A stretch of 64,000 nucleotides of DNA, from contig CAWKPH010000001.1 in the NCBI GenBank assembly GCA_963851445.1, positions 489,363 to 553,362 on the forward strand. Reading direction: 5' to 3'. This stretch comes from an uncultured bacterium (GTDB taxonomy: Bacteria; Patescibacteriota; Minisyncoccia; Phycocordibacterales; Phycocordibacteraceae). The first letter of the stretch is position 1. The number at the start of each line of letters is the position of its first letter. The notes under the pieces are model-generated. The model saw nothing but the letters and a program-made list of their open reading frames with translations. It searched no databases and was not told the DNA's origin. Position numbers and translations under genes: made by a program. Positions 27,341-37,369 of this stretch are shown one piece after another.

Positions 27341-28312
27341 TTGCGCTATTATCTGTATATGGAGTATTCGTCGGAACTCAAAAAGAACCACGAGACAGCG
27401 TATCTCGCGGAGGAATATGAACGACTCAGTGCGCAGGAGGAGGAGTCCGAGCATGCGGCAGGAGAAGATCCGGAGCTTTTGCTAATGGCAAAGGAGGATA
27501 CGACTCGCATCGCGCTCCGTAAAAAAGAGATACTTGCTGAAATAGAACAAATTCTTGCCAAAGAGAAAGAAGAAGCTGTAGCGCCTAAAGCAATTGTACT
27601 TGAATTCCGAGCTGCCGCTGGGGGTGATGAGGCAAACCTCTTTGCGAAGGAACTAAAGGAAATGTACCAGAAATACGCTGAAGGAAAGGGATGGCGGGTG
27701 CGTGTCATCGATGATCTTACGCTTGAAATTGAGGGCGCAGCTGCCTATGACGCGCTCAGGTACGAAACAGGAGTACACCGCGTCCAGCGTGTTCCAGTCA
27801 CAGAAAAATCAGGACGCATTCACACCTCGACCGCATCGGTTGCAGCGCTCCCAATTCGTACAAAACCAAAATTCGAAATAAATCCAGCTGACATTGAAAT
27901 GGAATTCACAAGAAGCGGTGGCGCAGGGGGACAAAACGTCAATAAAGTCGAGACTGCGGTTCGACTTATCCATAAGCCTACAGGGATTGATGTCCGTTCA
28001 TCCTCAGAGCGTTCACAACTTGCAAACCGCGAGAAGGCCATGATGATCCTCGCGGCTAAACTAGATACGATAGCTGAGGAAGAAGAAGCGAAAAAACACG
28101 CTGACCTTAGAAGTGGGCAGATTGGCACTGGGGATCGCTCAGAGAAAATCCGCACCTATAATTTTCTCCAAGATAGGGTCACAGACCACCGGATAAAGGA
28201 ATCGTGGCACAATCTACCAAAGATCATGCTAGGCGGCATAGATCCGATTCTAGAGGCACTCCAGAGGGCAGCTCTAGCAGGTGGGATCGGCGCGGCCGGG
28301 GAAAGTGAGTAA
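27341..28312 (+). CDS. prfA: Peptide chain release factor 1
   Basis: GGQ motif '[21 protein letters not shown]'; RF1-type tripeptide '[17 protein letters not shown]' (PxT rather than the RF2 SPF); no in-frame UGA. Confidence 0.85.
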   Translation: MRYYLYMEYSSELKKNHETAYLAEEYERLSAQEEESEHAAGEDPELLLMAKEDTTRIALRKKEILAEIEQILAKEKEEAVAPKAIVLEFRAAAGGDEANLFAKELKEMYQKYAEGKGWRVRVIDDLTLEIEGAAAYDALRYETGVHRVQRVPVTEKSGRIHTSTASVAALPIRTKPKFEINPADIEMEFTRSGGAGGQNVNKVETAVRLIHKPTGIDVRSSSERSQLANREKAMMILAAKLDTIAEEEEAKKHADLRSGQIGTGDRSEKIRTYNFLQDRVTDHRIKESWHNLPKIMLGGIDPILEALQRAALAGGIGAAGESE

Positions 28313-28314
28313 AA

Positions 28315-29064
28315 TTGCGTGATTTTAGAGCACATGCTATCTTCAAAGGTATGAATACCGATAGTTCGGCTAGTGTTTCTAGTGGTGTTGGCGTCGACCG
28401 TCTCTTCGAGACGGGCGCTCATTTTGCACAGCTTAAGAGTCGTCGCCATCCATCAATGAAACGCTTTATCGTCGGCGTGAAGTCGAAAGTTGAGATTTTC
28501 GATCTTTCTCTCACCGATGAACAACTTGCGACCGCTAAAGGAGTCATGAAAACACTCGCACAAGCTGGCAAAACAGTTCTTTTCGTTGGTGGTAAGCGCG
28601 AAGTGTCTGATGCGGTTCGCGAAGCAGCCCTACGTATCGGGCAGCCCTACGTGGCTGGCCGCTGGCTTGGCGGGACGATTTCTAATTTTTCTGAAATAAA
28701 GAAACGTATTGATCGCCTCGCTGATCTTACGAGTAAGCGTGATTCGGGGGAACTTGCAAAAATATACACGAAGCTCGAGCGTATCTACATCGACCGTGAG
28801 ATCGATCGACTCAATGAGCGCCTTGGAGGTCTCGGTGATCTCGCAAAGCGTCCTGATGCCTTTGTCATCGTTGACACTCGTCACGAAGCTCATGCGACCA
28901 AGGAAGCCAACGATGCACATATCCCGGTCATTGGCATTATGAGTTCTGACTGTGACCTTAAGGATGCAAAGTATCCGATTGTGACAAACGATTCATCACG
29001 TAAGACGGTACGACTCATTCTCGACGAATTAACTGAGGCATACGAGGAGGGCAGGCGAGCATAA
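28315..29064 (+). CDS. rpsB: 30S ribosomal protein S2
   Basis: 'GAHFAQLKSRRHPSMKRFIVG...IFDL...LFVGGKRE...YVAGRWLGGTISNF...IPVIGIMSSDCDLKD' is the S2 consensus. Confidence 0.85.
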   Translation: MRDFRAHAIFKGMNTDSSASVSSGVGVDRLFETGAHFAQLKSRRHPSMKRFIVGVKSKVEIFDLSLTDEQLATAKGVMKTLAQAGKTVLFVGGKREVSDAVREAALRIGQPYVAGRWLGGTISNFSEIKKRIDRLADLTSKRDSGELAKIYTKLERIYIDREIDRLNERLGGLGDLAKRPDAFVIVDTRHEAHATKEANDAHIPVIGIMSSDCDLKDAKYPIVTNDSSRKTVRLILDELTEAYEEGRRA

Positions 29065-29146
29065 TCTCTCTTAGAGGGATTTTCAAATTCTTCATAAACT
29101 CGCGGATTATCGATGTGTTTTGTATACTAATGAGAAGTAATTTTAG

Positions 29147-29737
29147 ATGCATATGGAAATTTCAATAGATCTAGTGAAGGAACTTCGCGATAGGACCGGC
29201 GTCTCTGTGGCACAGTGCAAAAAGGCGCTTGAGGAGACCGCTGGCGATATTGATAAAGCAGAGGTAGTGCTGCGAAAGCGCTCAAGCGCTGCAGCAGAAA
29301 AGAAAGGAGATCGCGAACTTGGAGCTGGAGCTATTGGTACCTACGTCCACGACTTCGAAATTGGAGCGATGGTACTTCTCTCGTGCGAAACTGATTTTGT
29401 GGCTCGTAACGAGGAGTTTCCGAAACTTGCGCGCGAAATTGCTATGCAGATAGCGGCAACGAACCCGAAATATCTTTCTGAAGCTGAGATAGACCCAGAA
29501 ACTCAAAAGGCAGCTGAAGCGGTTTTTCAAGAAGAAGTGAAGGATAAGCCCGCAGATATGCGTGAGAAAATACTCGAAGGCAAGATGAGAAGCTATTTCA
29601 AGGACATGCTTCTCCTAGAGCAATCGTACATTAAAGATGAGACAAAAACGGTGCGCGATCTTATCACCGAGGCATCGCAGAAATTCGGTGAGCGTATCGA
29701 GATAACTCGCTGGTCCCGTTTTTCTGCGCGCGGATAA
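29147..29737 (+). CDS. tsf: Elongation factor Ts
   Basis: 'LVKELRDRTGVSVAQCKKALEETAGDIDKAEVVLRKRSSAAAEKKGDRELGAGAIGTYVH...LLSCETDFVARNEEF' matches EF-Ts; rpsB-tsf synteny. Confidence 0.85.
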   Translation: MHMEISIDLVKELRDRTGVSVAQCKKALEETAGDIDKAEVVLRKRSSAAAEKKGDRELGAGAIGTYVHDFEIGAMVLLSCETDFVARNEEFPKLAREIAMQIAATNPKYLSEAEIDPETQKAAEAVFQEEVKDKPADMREKILEGKMRSYFKDMLLLEQSYIKDETKTVRDLITEASQKFGERIEITRWSRFSARG

Positions 29738-29743
29738 TATTCT

Positions 29744-30184
29744 ATGGGCATGGCGCTCATCCTTCTCATTATTTCGTTACTCCTATTCCTAGGATTCTTT
29801 GGGTTAACGGTTATGGAAGCAGAAACGGGGGTCCGTTTCTTAGAAAGACCCCGAGGAAGGTTTGATGCGTATCTTATGCGCATGGCATTTGTCGCTCGTC
29901 ATATTGACTGGGGTGACCTCCTTTCCCATGTAGTGGAAAGCATGGTCGCACGCGTCGTGCATGATGTAGCGCATTGGTCGCTTCTTTTTGTGCGATTTGT
30001 TGAACGTGAGCTTACGAATATTGTTCAGTATTTACGGAACCGCCGCCCCAACGTTCTTGCGCCGCACCCCTCTCGTTCCTCAAGTTTTGCCCAGACAAAG
30101 GAATATCTCCAAAGGATGTTCCGCATTTCTGAGCACAAGGGAACACGGGAGCATTCTGAGGATGAGGGAGGCACAACCAGATAA
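29744..30184 (+). CDS. Hypothetical membrane protein
   Basis: N-terminal TM 'MALILLIISLLLFLGFFGLTV'. No recognised homology. Confidence 0.35.
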   Translation: MGMALILLIISLLLFLGFFGLTVMEAETGVRFLERPRGRFDAYLMRMAFVARHIDWGDLLSHVVESMVARVVHDVAHWSLLFVRFVERELTNIVQYLRNRRPNVLAPHPSRSSSFAQTKEYLQRMFRISEHKGTREHSEDEGGTTR

Positions 30185-30206
30185 AAGATGTTAGTCTAGT
30201 CCAAAA

Positions 30207-30282
30207 GCCGCCTTAGCTCAGTTGGTAGAGCAACTGTTTTGTAAACAGTAGGTCCCCAGTTCAAGCCTGGGAGGCGGCTCCA
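30207..30282 (+). tRNA. tRNA-Thr (anticodon UGU), CCA encoded
   Basis: Cloverleaf folded by hand: acceptor gccgcct/aggcggc; D-stem gctc/gagc; anticodon stem actgt/acagt with loop tttgtaa (anticodon TGT); T-stem cccag/ctggg with loop ttcaagc; discriminator t; CCA. Confidence 0.85.
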
Positions 30283-30289
30283 AGAAGCT

Positions 30290-30994
30290 TCATTTACTTG
30301 TGGTACCTGTCGTACTCGTGGCAGTACTTGTCGCAAAGAGCGAAGAAGGGAAGTCCTTCTCCAAATCATCGAGCGTTGTAAAACCTGAATAATGCTCGTG
30401 ATTTATCACGAATGCTGGCAGAGGCGGTTCGACCTTCTCGATAGATATAAGAGTGTTGAGGGCCCCCAGATTAAGGTCATAGTCGAACGAATATACGCGT
30501 AGTGTCGGATAGGTCTGACGAAGATACGAGAGCGCCACGCCAGCTCGTCCACAATCGATACATTCACCTGGTGTATTTGAGTAGAAATATAGTACGACAG
30601 TAGGATTTGCGCCGCAGGTCTGTGCGATCTGTTCTGTGAGTAAGTAATCACGAATCTCAAGCAGGGTATACTGCTCCTTGAGCTGAATGACCTGTGAGTT
30701 GTCATTGCCGAGGGTTGTTTCTGCGTATGAAAGTTTATCGCCCAGATCACTTACTTCCTGTGAAAGACTCGTGCTTTCGGTGGTTGAGCCATTGGTGAAA
30801 TCGCTACAAGGAGCGTCAGCAAGAAGCGAGTACTGCGTTTCTATATTAAGTGAATCAGTAGAGAGCTGATCTTCGATTGTATTAAGTTCGGCAATACGCT
30901 GTTGATTTAAGTAGTTAATCGCGTATACAACGGTGCCAATAATGAGCACGGTGATGACAAGCGAGATAATGACATTACGAGTGAAGAGGGACAT
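30290..30994 (-). CDS. Membrane-anchored coiled-coil protein with thioredoxin-like CxxC motif (putative thiol-disulfide oxidoreductase)
   Basis: N-terminal TM 'VIISLVITVLIIGTVVYAI'; 'VVLYFYSNTPGECIDCGRAG' resembles a thioredoxin-fold CxxC. Weak homology evidence. Confidence 0.4.
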   Translation of the reverse strand: MSLFTRNVIISLVITVLIIGTVVYAINYLNQQRIAELNTIEDQLSTDSLNIETQYSLLADAPCSDFTNGSTTESTSLSQEVSDLGDKLSYAETTLGNDNSQVIQLKEQYTLLEIRDYLLTEQIAQTCGANPTVVLYFYSNTPGECIDCGRAGVALSYLRQTYPTLRVYSFDYDLNLGALNTLISIEKVEPPLPAFVINHEHYSGFTTLDDLEKDFPSSLFATSTATSTTGTTSK

Positions 30995-31013
30995 AGATGT
31001 TCTTATGAATATA

Positions 31014-32276
31014 CTACCGCCAAGAGCGACGAACGCCAGTCGTCACGTCGTATACCGTTCGCATAAGCCAGAGTGGTGAAATGAAACCATACACTATGGT
31101 ATAGGCTACAATCCCGGCGAACAGTTTCCCTGGTGTCTTTGAAATCTGCTGTCCCAGTATGGTGAATACGATTGATCCTATGACTGCAACGGACCCGAGA
31201 AGTACCACGGCAGTAATTGGGATGTAGAACCACTCAATGGTGTGTATATGCGGAGTGAGTGTATACGAAAGAGGTATCCCGCGCGTAAGGAAATATTCGC
31301 TCGTGATGCTCTGAATAAATTGATATATGGCCAGACAAAAGAGTGCGAGGCCGCTTATAATCGAGATGAGTCCGAGTGGAAGTACGAGAATACCCAGTGT
31401 GCCGAATTTTGGATTACCAATTAGATCGCTATATTCATACATCACGTTACGAACAAACCCCGTCGTCCAGCGTGTGCGTTGTTTAACGAGACCACGGATG
31501 GTTTTCGGACCTTTCGTATAGACCCGCGCTCGCGGCGCATTCTCGATAAGATATCCAGCGCGCTGAAGGCGCAGTGCCATTTCAAGATCCTCAGTATTGT
31601 GGGCTTTCTTGAAATAGCCGAGGTCCACGATGATTTTTCGTCGATAGAATGAAAATGGCCCTGGCGTCACATACAAACCATTAACTGAAGCCATGGTGTG
31701 ACGGTGTGCGATACCATAGATATATTCGATATTCTGCATGTGTTCGATGAACTTCTTTGGCTCATGAATCGACATCGCCGCTGTTACTGCCGCCACCTGA
31801 GGGTCTTCGAAGTATCCAACCATTTCGCGAAGTGCATCTGGCGCTACGAATGAATCGGCATCAAGGCATCCAACGAACTCGGCTTGCGCCGAAATATGGA
31901 TCCCTGCATTTACCGCGGTATGCTTTCCGCCATTTTCTTTATGGATGATCGTTATATGTGGCGTATCCTTATATGAATCCATGACATTCGCTGTATTATC
32001 TGTCGAACCATCATCAACAAGGACAATCGAAAGTTTTTCTTTCGGATAATCGAGTGCAAGAAGCGAATCAATAGTTCCTTGTATAGTATTTTCTTCGTTA
32101 AAGCACGGAACTATGACCGCGACCGTCGGTGTATACCCAAGCACTGGACGTTTCTTACGACTTAGACGAGCTGGCTCCGAAAGAAAGGTAACAAGAAGAA
32201 ACGTCTCAAAAAAAATTGATACGAAGAGAAATGGATAGGCGACAAGGGCAAACCCCATAGGGACTAATGTCTGCAA
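31014..32276 (-). CDS. Processive family-2 glycosyltransferase (NodC/HAS/PgaC/cellulose-synthase-like) with TM helices
   Basis: 'VAVIVPCFNEE...SIVLVDDGSTDNT', 'GCLDADS', and the processive-GT2 signature 'QRTRWTTG' (QxxRW); N- and C-terminal TM segments. Confidence 0.75.
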   Translation of the reverse strand: MQTLVPMGFALVAYPFLFVSIFFETFLLVTFLSEPARLSRKKRPVLGYTPTVAVIVPCFNEENTIQGTIDSLLALDYPKEKLSIVLVDDGSTDNTANVMDSYKDTPHITIIHKENGGKHTAVNAGIHISAQAEFVGCLDADSFVAPDALREMVGYFEDPQVAAVTAAMSIHEPKKFIEHMQNIEYIYGIAHRHTMASVNGLYVTPGPFSFYRRKIIVDLGYFKKAHNTEDLEMALRLQRAGYLIENAPRARVYTKGPKTIRGLVKQRTRWTTGFVRNVMYEYSDLIGNPKFGTLGILVLPLGLISIISGLALFCLAIYQFIQSITSEYFLTRGIPLSYTLTPHIHTIEWFYIPITAVVLLGSVAVIGSIVFTILGQQISKTPGKLFAGIVAYTIVYGFISPLWLMRTVYDVTTGVRRSWR

Positions 32277-32313
32277 CTATAGCAAATAAAAGCCTGTATT
32301 CATAGGACGGTCC

Positions 32314-33060
32314 GTGGGATATACTTCGAATATGGAGGGAAGACTACATCCTATAACCGCAGCAACGCGCGAGGTAGCAGACATATTCGCAGAGATGGGA
32401 TTTTCGGTAGCATTTGGGCCGGAGCTTGAGGACGAGCGATACAACTTCGATATGCTTGCAATTCCAAGTGACCATCCGGCGCGCGACATGCAAGATACGT
32501 TCTGGATCAAGGATAAAAAAGAGAAAGTCATGCGTACACATACCTCACCAGTCCAGGTGCGGTACATTGAAGAACAATTGAAGGAAGGTATACAACCTCC
32601 TTATAGAGTCATTGTACCGGGTAAGGTGTTCCGGAACGAAGCCACTGATGCGACGCACGAAGCACAGTTTTACCAGAACGAGGGACTCGCTATAGGTGAA
32701 GATGTTACACTTGCCCACCTAAAAGGAACACTCGATCAGTTTTTTAAACAGTATTTGGGGGAGAATGCGAAGGTCAGGTTTCGGCCGAGCTTCTTTCCAT
32801 TTACCGAGCCTTCAGTCGAAGTCGATGTATGGTTCGAGCCAATGGGAAAAGAAGGACGGTGGCTCGAGGTCATGGGTGGTGGGATGGTACATCCTTCAGT
32901 CATTGAGAATGCAGGGCTCGATTCGAAGAAATATCAGGGCTTCGCATTTGGTGGTGGTATCGAGCGACTGATCATGATAAAGCACGGGATACCCGATGTG
33001 CGACTTTTCCATTCAGGCGACCTGCGCTTTATATATGGCTTTGACGAGAGCGTGCGATGA
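32314..33060 (+). CDS. pheS: Phenylalanine--tRNA ligase alpha subunit (short form)
   Basis: 'DHPARDMQDTFWI', 'FRPSFFPFTEPSVEVDV', 'GFAFGGGIERLIMIKHGIPDVR' are class II aaRS motifs 1-3 of PheS. GTG start at 32314 or ATG at 32332. Confidence 0.85.
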   Translation: MGYTSNMEGRLHPITAATREVADIFAEMGFSVAFGPELEDERYNFDMLAIPSDHPARDMQDTFWIKDKKEKVMRTHTSPVQVRYIEEQLKEGIQPPYRVIVPGKVFRNEATDATHEAQFYQNEGLAIGEDVTLAHLKGTLDQFFKQYLGENAKVRFRPSFFPFTEPSVEVDVWFEPMGKEGRWLEVMGGGMVHPSVIENAGLDSKKYQGFAFGGGIERLIMIKHGIPDVRLFHSGDLRFIYGFDESVR

Positions 33061-33079
33061 AGAATCCAGCTTATTGCGT

Positions 33080-35047
33080 ATGAAGATTTCACGAAAATGG
33101 TTGCAAACCTATTTTGATACGGAGCTCCCAAGCACAGAAGAAATCGTTGATGCACTTACGTTCCATGTTGCCGAAATCGAGAGTGTAGAAAAGATTGTTA
33201 ACCAATCTAGAGATGAGGTACTCGATGTGAAAGTGCTGCCCGATCGCGCTGCGTACCTGTTCTGTCATCGTGGGGTCGCAAAAGAGATCTCGGCAATACT
33301 AGATGTTCCTATGAGAAATGATCCGCTCCGAGAGCCGCTCCATGAATATCCAAAGACTAATAAGCTTGCAATAAAAATTCAGGATTCGCAGAAATGTCCT
33401 CGATACATAGGCGCACTCGTGCGTGGTATAAAAGTTGCACCATCACCTACATGGCTTAAAGAAGCACTTGAATCTGTTGGGCAGCGGTCGATAAACAACG
33501 TTGTTGATGCGACCAATTATGTGATGCTGAATATAGGTCAGCCACTCCACGCATTCGATGCAAGCCATATGGCAACGAATGACGGCACATATGCAATCGA
33601 AGTACGCGCCGCGTATAAAGACGAAAAGATTATGGCGCTTACGGGCGAAGAATATATCTTACCGGAAGATACGATACTCATCACGGATTCATTTGCGGGT
33701 AAGTCTATCGGCATTGCGGGAATTAAGGGTGGCCTATCCTCAGGAATTAGCGAAACGACGACAGATATTATCATCGAATCAGCAAATTTTGATGGGACCT
33801 CTATACGCCGTGCATCGCAAGCCCTAAAACTTTGGACAGATGCGTCACAGCGTTTTCAAAACAGACCATCGCCTGACCTTGCAGCGTATGGTATGCGTGA
33901 CGTTCTGGCACTCATAAAAAGTATCGCGGGTGGGGAGGTGGTAGGCGTAACGGATGTGTATCCAGGAGAAGGAGCAGAACAAGCGCGACAGGCGTCGACT
34001 GTAATCGTATCAAGTCAAATTATCAACGGGCTTCTAGGCTCTACCTTTTCTAATGAAGACATTGCAAACACATGGAGGGGCCTTGGATTTGAGTACGAGC
34101 AGACTGGCGATTCCTTTACAATAACGCCGCCCTTTGAACGACGCGACCTAGTAATTCCTGAAGACCTTGTCGAAGAAGTTGGTCGCATTATCGGCTACGA
34201 TCGGATTCTCCCAAGACAACTTCCTCCCATGCCAAAAGCGCCAGATCAGATTCGCTTTCAAAGCATCGAATATATCAAGGATTTTCTCACCGAGCACGGC
34301 TTTACTGAGCTTTCAACACAAACCTTTACCAGGGAAGGGGATGTCTGGCTTGCAAACCCACTCGACCAAACACGCCCCGCACTCCGGACCACTCTTACCG
34401 GAAATATGCATGAGGCGCTTTCTCGTGCTATAACGATCGCGCCTCGCATATATGGGGCAGCTGAAAATCTTTGTTTGTTCGAGATAGGTACCATCTTTAA
34501 ATCTGAATCTGAGTGTCTTTCGCTTTGTCTGGGCTACGCGCAGCTGGCGGGTAAGGATGGTTCGGATTTTCTCATGCAGGTTATTGCCCAAATGAAGGAG
34601 CGTTTCAACCTCGGTGATTTTGAGGATCAACGGGAATCAAATACCTTGATTGCTTCAACGATACTTACCAATGAGCAATTAAATGCAATCGTGAAGAATG
34701 ACAGTGTAGCGGCTTCACAACTGAAACGTGTTGCGCTCGGAGGATTTATTCCCTTTTCTATGTATCCGTTCGCGCTGCGCGACATCGCGGTATGGACTCC
34801 AGTGGGAACTCAGGAGAATGAGATTTCGAGTGCTATCACTACAGAGGCAGGCGATCTTCTGGTGCGAATTGATCTCTTTGACCGTTTTGAAAAGAAGGAT
34901 GCTCAGGGAGTAGCAAGCCGTGCGTCATATGCGTTCAGACTCGTGTTCGAATCTCCCAAACGTACACTCTCAGATGAAGACTTGAAACCCCTCATGGAAA
35001 GGATTACGAAAGCGTTAAACGCCCGTGAGGGGTGGGAAGTACGTTAG
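33080..35047 (+). CDS. pheT: Phenylalanine--tRNA ligase beta subunit
   Basis: N-terminal 'MKISRKWLQTYFDTELPSTEEIVDALTFHVAEIESVEK' is a typical PheT start; pheS-pheT synteny. ATG at 33080 chosen over the longer ORF-track start at 32996, which overlaps pheS. Confidence 0.85.
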   Translation: MKISRKWLQTYFDTELPSTEEIVDALTFHVAEIESVEKIVNQSRDEVLDVKVLPDRAAYLFCHRGVAKEISAILDVPMRNDPLREPLHEYPKTNKLAIKIQDSQKCPRYIGALVRGIKVAPSPTWLKEALESVGQRSINNVVDATNYVMLNIGQPLHAFDASHMATNDGTYAIEVRAAYKDEKIMALTGEEYILPEDTILITDSFAGKSIGIAGIKGGLSSGISETTTDIIIESANFDGTSIRRASQALKLWTDASQRFQNRPSPDLAAYGMRDVLALIKSIAGGEVVGVTDVYPGEGAEQARQASTVIVSSQIINGLLGSTFSNEDIANTWRGLGFEYEQTGDSFTITPPFERRDLVIPEDLVEEVGRIIGYDRILPRQLPPMPKAPDQIRFQSIEYIKDFLTEHGFTELSTQTFTREGDVWLANPLDQTRPALRTTLTGNMHEALSRAITIAPRIYGAAENLCLFEIGTIFKSESECLSLCLGYAQLAGKDGSDFLMQVIAQMKERFNLGDFEDQRESNTLIASTILTNEQLNAIVKNDSVAASQLKRVALGGFIPFSMYPFALRDIAVWTPVGTQENEISSAITTEAGDLLVRIDLFDRFEKKDAQGVASRASYAFRLVFESPKRTLSDEDLKPLMERITKALNAREGWEVR

Positions 35048-35153
35048 GGGTGATTTGTGTAAAAGTGGGGTCCCAAAAGCTCTCATAATTTGGCCATGCG
35101 TGCCTAAATTTAGGGCTTAATCGAGGAGGCAATCTATAGGTGTTTATGCTATA

Positions 35154-37310
35154 ATGGCTATACGAAATATGCCTAAAAGCGAGGATACAATAGCTAAGAA
35201 AAGCGGCGCCAAAGGCGCCGCTGCCAGTGCCTCGGGCACTTCTAAAAAAACACCGTCTCGAGGCTCTACAGCGGCTGACAGAGGCAGTTATGATGCATCC
35301 TCGATTACCATCCTCGAAGGTCTCGAACCGGTCAGGAAACGTCCGGGCATGTATATCGGTACGACCGGTCCAGATGGTCTTCACCACCTGATTTGGGAGA
35401 TTTTTGATAATGCACGTGACGAAGCGATGGGTGGATTCGCTGATGATATTGAGATCGCGCTTCTTCCTAACAACCGTGTTCGTGTCGTTGACAACGGTCG
35501 TGGTATCCCCGTAGACAAACATGCGCACAGTAAGGTTTCCGCTCTTGAGACGATTATGACTACTCTGCATGCGGGAGGAAAGTTCGGCGGAGAAGCATCA
35601 GGATACAAGGTATCAGGAGGTCTTCATGGCGTGGGGGCTTCGGTTGTGAACGCACTTTCAACCTATGCGCGCGTCGAGGTCCATAAGGATGGTAGTAAGT
35701 ACGAGCAGGAATATAAAATAGGAAAATCGCTTGCACCAGTGAAGAAAATCGGGACAACCAACCACCAGGGTACGATCGTTACGTTTGAAGCAGATGCTTC
35801 CATTTTCCCTGAAGTAAAGTACGAATGGAGCCGCATTGTGTCGCACGTTCGGCAGCAGGCCTATCTTGTGAAAGCTACACGCATTTCAGTTATCGATGCT
35901 AGGGGGCTCGAAAAAGTTGCGGATAAGGAGGTTGTCTACATACGTGAGCTTGCTCTTGAAGTTCCGTCGATGAGCTTTTATTTCGAAGGTGGTCTTCGTT
36001 CTCTTATTTCTTTCTACAATCAGCACCAAACGCTGGTGCACAAGAATATTTTTTACATCGAAAAAGAGCAGGACAATGTATCAGTCGAGATCGCACTGCA
36101 ATACATTGACGATATGACCCCGCGTCTCACGGCTTTTGCAAATAATATTTACAATGCTGAGGGAGGAACACATGTAACTGGTTTCAAAACGGCACTTACG
36201 CGTACTTTGAATACCTATGCTCGTACATCAGGCATCCTCAAGGAAAGCGAGGAGAATTTTACAGGAGATGATGCACTCGAGGGAATCACTGCAGTCGTAT
36301 CAGTTAAGATGCAGGAGATACAATTCGAAGGGCAAACGAAGGGGAAGCTCGGTTCAGTTGAGGCACAGGGGGCAGTAAATACGGTATTTACTGCAGCGTT
36401 CTCAATGTTTCTTGAAGAAAATCCTGATGACGGACGCGCGATCGTAAACAAGGTACTTCTGGCACTCAAGGCTCGCAAAGCGGCCAAAGCGGCTAAAGAT
36501 TCAATTTTACGTAAAGGAGCCCTCGAAGGCATGACACTTCCCGGTAAGCTTGCTGACTGTCAGACCAAGGATGCTTCTGAATCAGAGCTTTTCATTGTGG
36601 AGGGTGATTCAGCGGGAGGCTCCTCGAAAATGGGTCGCGATCGTCGCACACAAGCCATTCTTCCGCTCCGCGGTAAGATCTTGAATATAGAGCGCGCACG
36701 CCTCGATAAGATGCTTGCGAGCGAACAGATTAAAAATCTCGTTGTTGCGCTTGGTACAGCAATTGGTGACGTCTTTGATCTTAGCAAGTTACGCTATCAC
36801 AAGATCATCATTGCAACTGACGCTGATGTTGATGGTGCCCACATTCGCACCCTTCTCCTCACGCTATTCTATCGGCATTTCCGACCGATCATTGATGGCG
36901 GTTTCATCTATATTGCACAACCGCCGCTCTATAAGATCAAGCGAGGAAAGGAGATCATGTATGCGTATTCCGATGAGGAAAAGTTTAAACTTCTTGGTGA
37001 GGATACTGAGGTAATGGATGCAGCAGAAGAGGAAGAAGCTGAAAAGGCTGAAACTGAGGAATCTGAAGAAGCCGCAACGACAAAGAGATCAGCGAAAGTC
37101 TCCATCCAGCGATATAAGGGTCTTGGTGAGATGAATCCATCAGAGCTTTGGGAGACAACGATGGATCCGAAAAATCGGGTGCTCAAACAGGTACGCGTAG
37201 AAGACGCTTCCGAAGCTGACCGCATCTTCGATGTATTAATGGGTTCGGATGTTGCAGGACGTAAATCGTTTATCCAATCAAACGCCAAGCTTGCGAATTT
37301 GGATGTGTAA
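35154..37310 (+). CDS. gyrB: DNA gyrase subunit B
   Basis: GHKL ATPase 'LEGLEPVRKRPGMYIGTTGPDGLHHLIWEIFDNARDEAMGG'; TOPRIM 'LFIVEGDSAGGS'; 'PLYKIKRGKEIMYAYSDEE'; C-terminal '...ANLDV'. Confidence 0.9.
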   Translation: MAIRNMPKSEDTIAKKSGAKGAAASASGTSKKTPSRGSTAADRGSYDASSITILEGLEPVRKRPGMYIGTTGPDGLHHLIWEIFDNARDEAMGGFADDIEIALLPNNRVRVVDNGRGIPVDKHAHSKVSALETIMTTLHAGGKFGGEASGYKVSGGLHGVGASVVNALSTYARVEVHKDGSKYEQEYKIGKSLAPVKKIGTTNHQGTIVTFEADASIFPEVKYEWSRIVSHVRQQAYLVKATRISVIDARGLEKVADKEVVYIRELALEVPSMSFYFEGGLRSLISFYNQHQTLVHKNIFYIEKEQDNVSVEIALQYIDDMTPRLTAFANNIYNAEGGTHVTGFKTALTRTLNTYARTSGILKESEENFTGDDALEGITAVVSVKMQEIQFEGQTKGKLGSVEAQGAVNTVFTAAFSMFLEENPDDGRAIVNKVLLALKARKAAKAAKDSILRKGALEGMTLPGKLADCQTKDASESELFIVEGDSAGGSSKMGRDRRTQAILPLRGKILNIERARLDKMLASEQIKNLVVALGTAIGDVFDLSKLRYHKIIIATDADVDGAHIRTLLLTLFYRHFRPIIDGGFIYIAQPPLYKIKRGKEIMYAYSDEEKFKLLGEDTEVMDAAEEEEAEKAETEESEEAATTKRSAKVSIQRYKGLGEMNPSELWETTMDPKNRVLKQVRVEDASEADRIFDVLMGSDVAGRKSFIQSNAKLANLDV

Positions 37311-37316
37311 CACAAA

Positions 37317-37354
37317 AAGAAAGAGCTTGTGACCAAAACCACAAGCTCTTTCTT
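37317..37354. terminator. Bidirectional rho-independent terminator between gyrB (+) and the convergent CARDB-like gene (-)
   Basis: 14-bp stem agaaagagcttgtg / cacaagctctttct, loop accaaaac, U-rich flanks on both strands. Confidence 0.6.
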
Positions 37355-37369
37355 ATAAGTTTATTTAGT

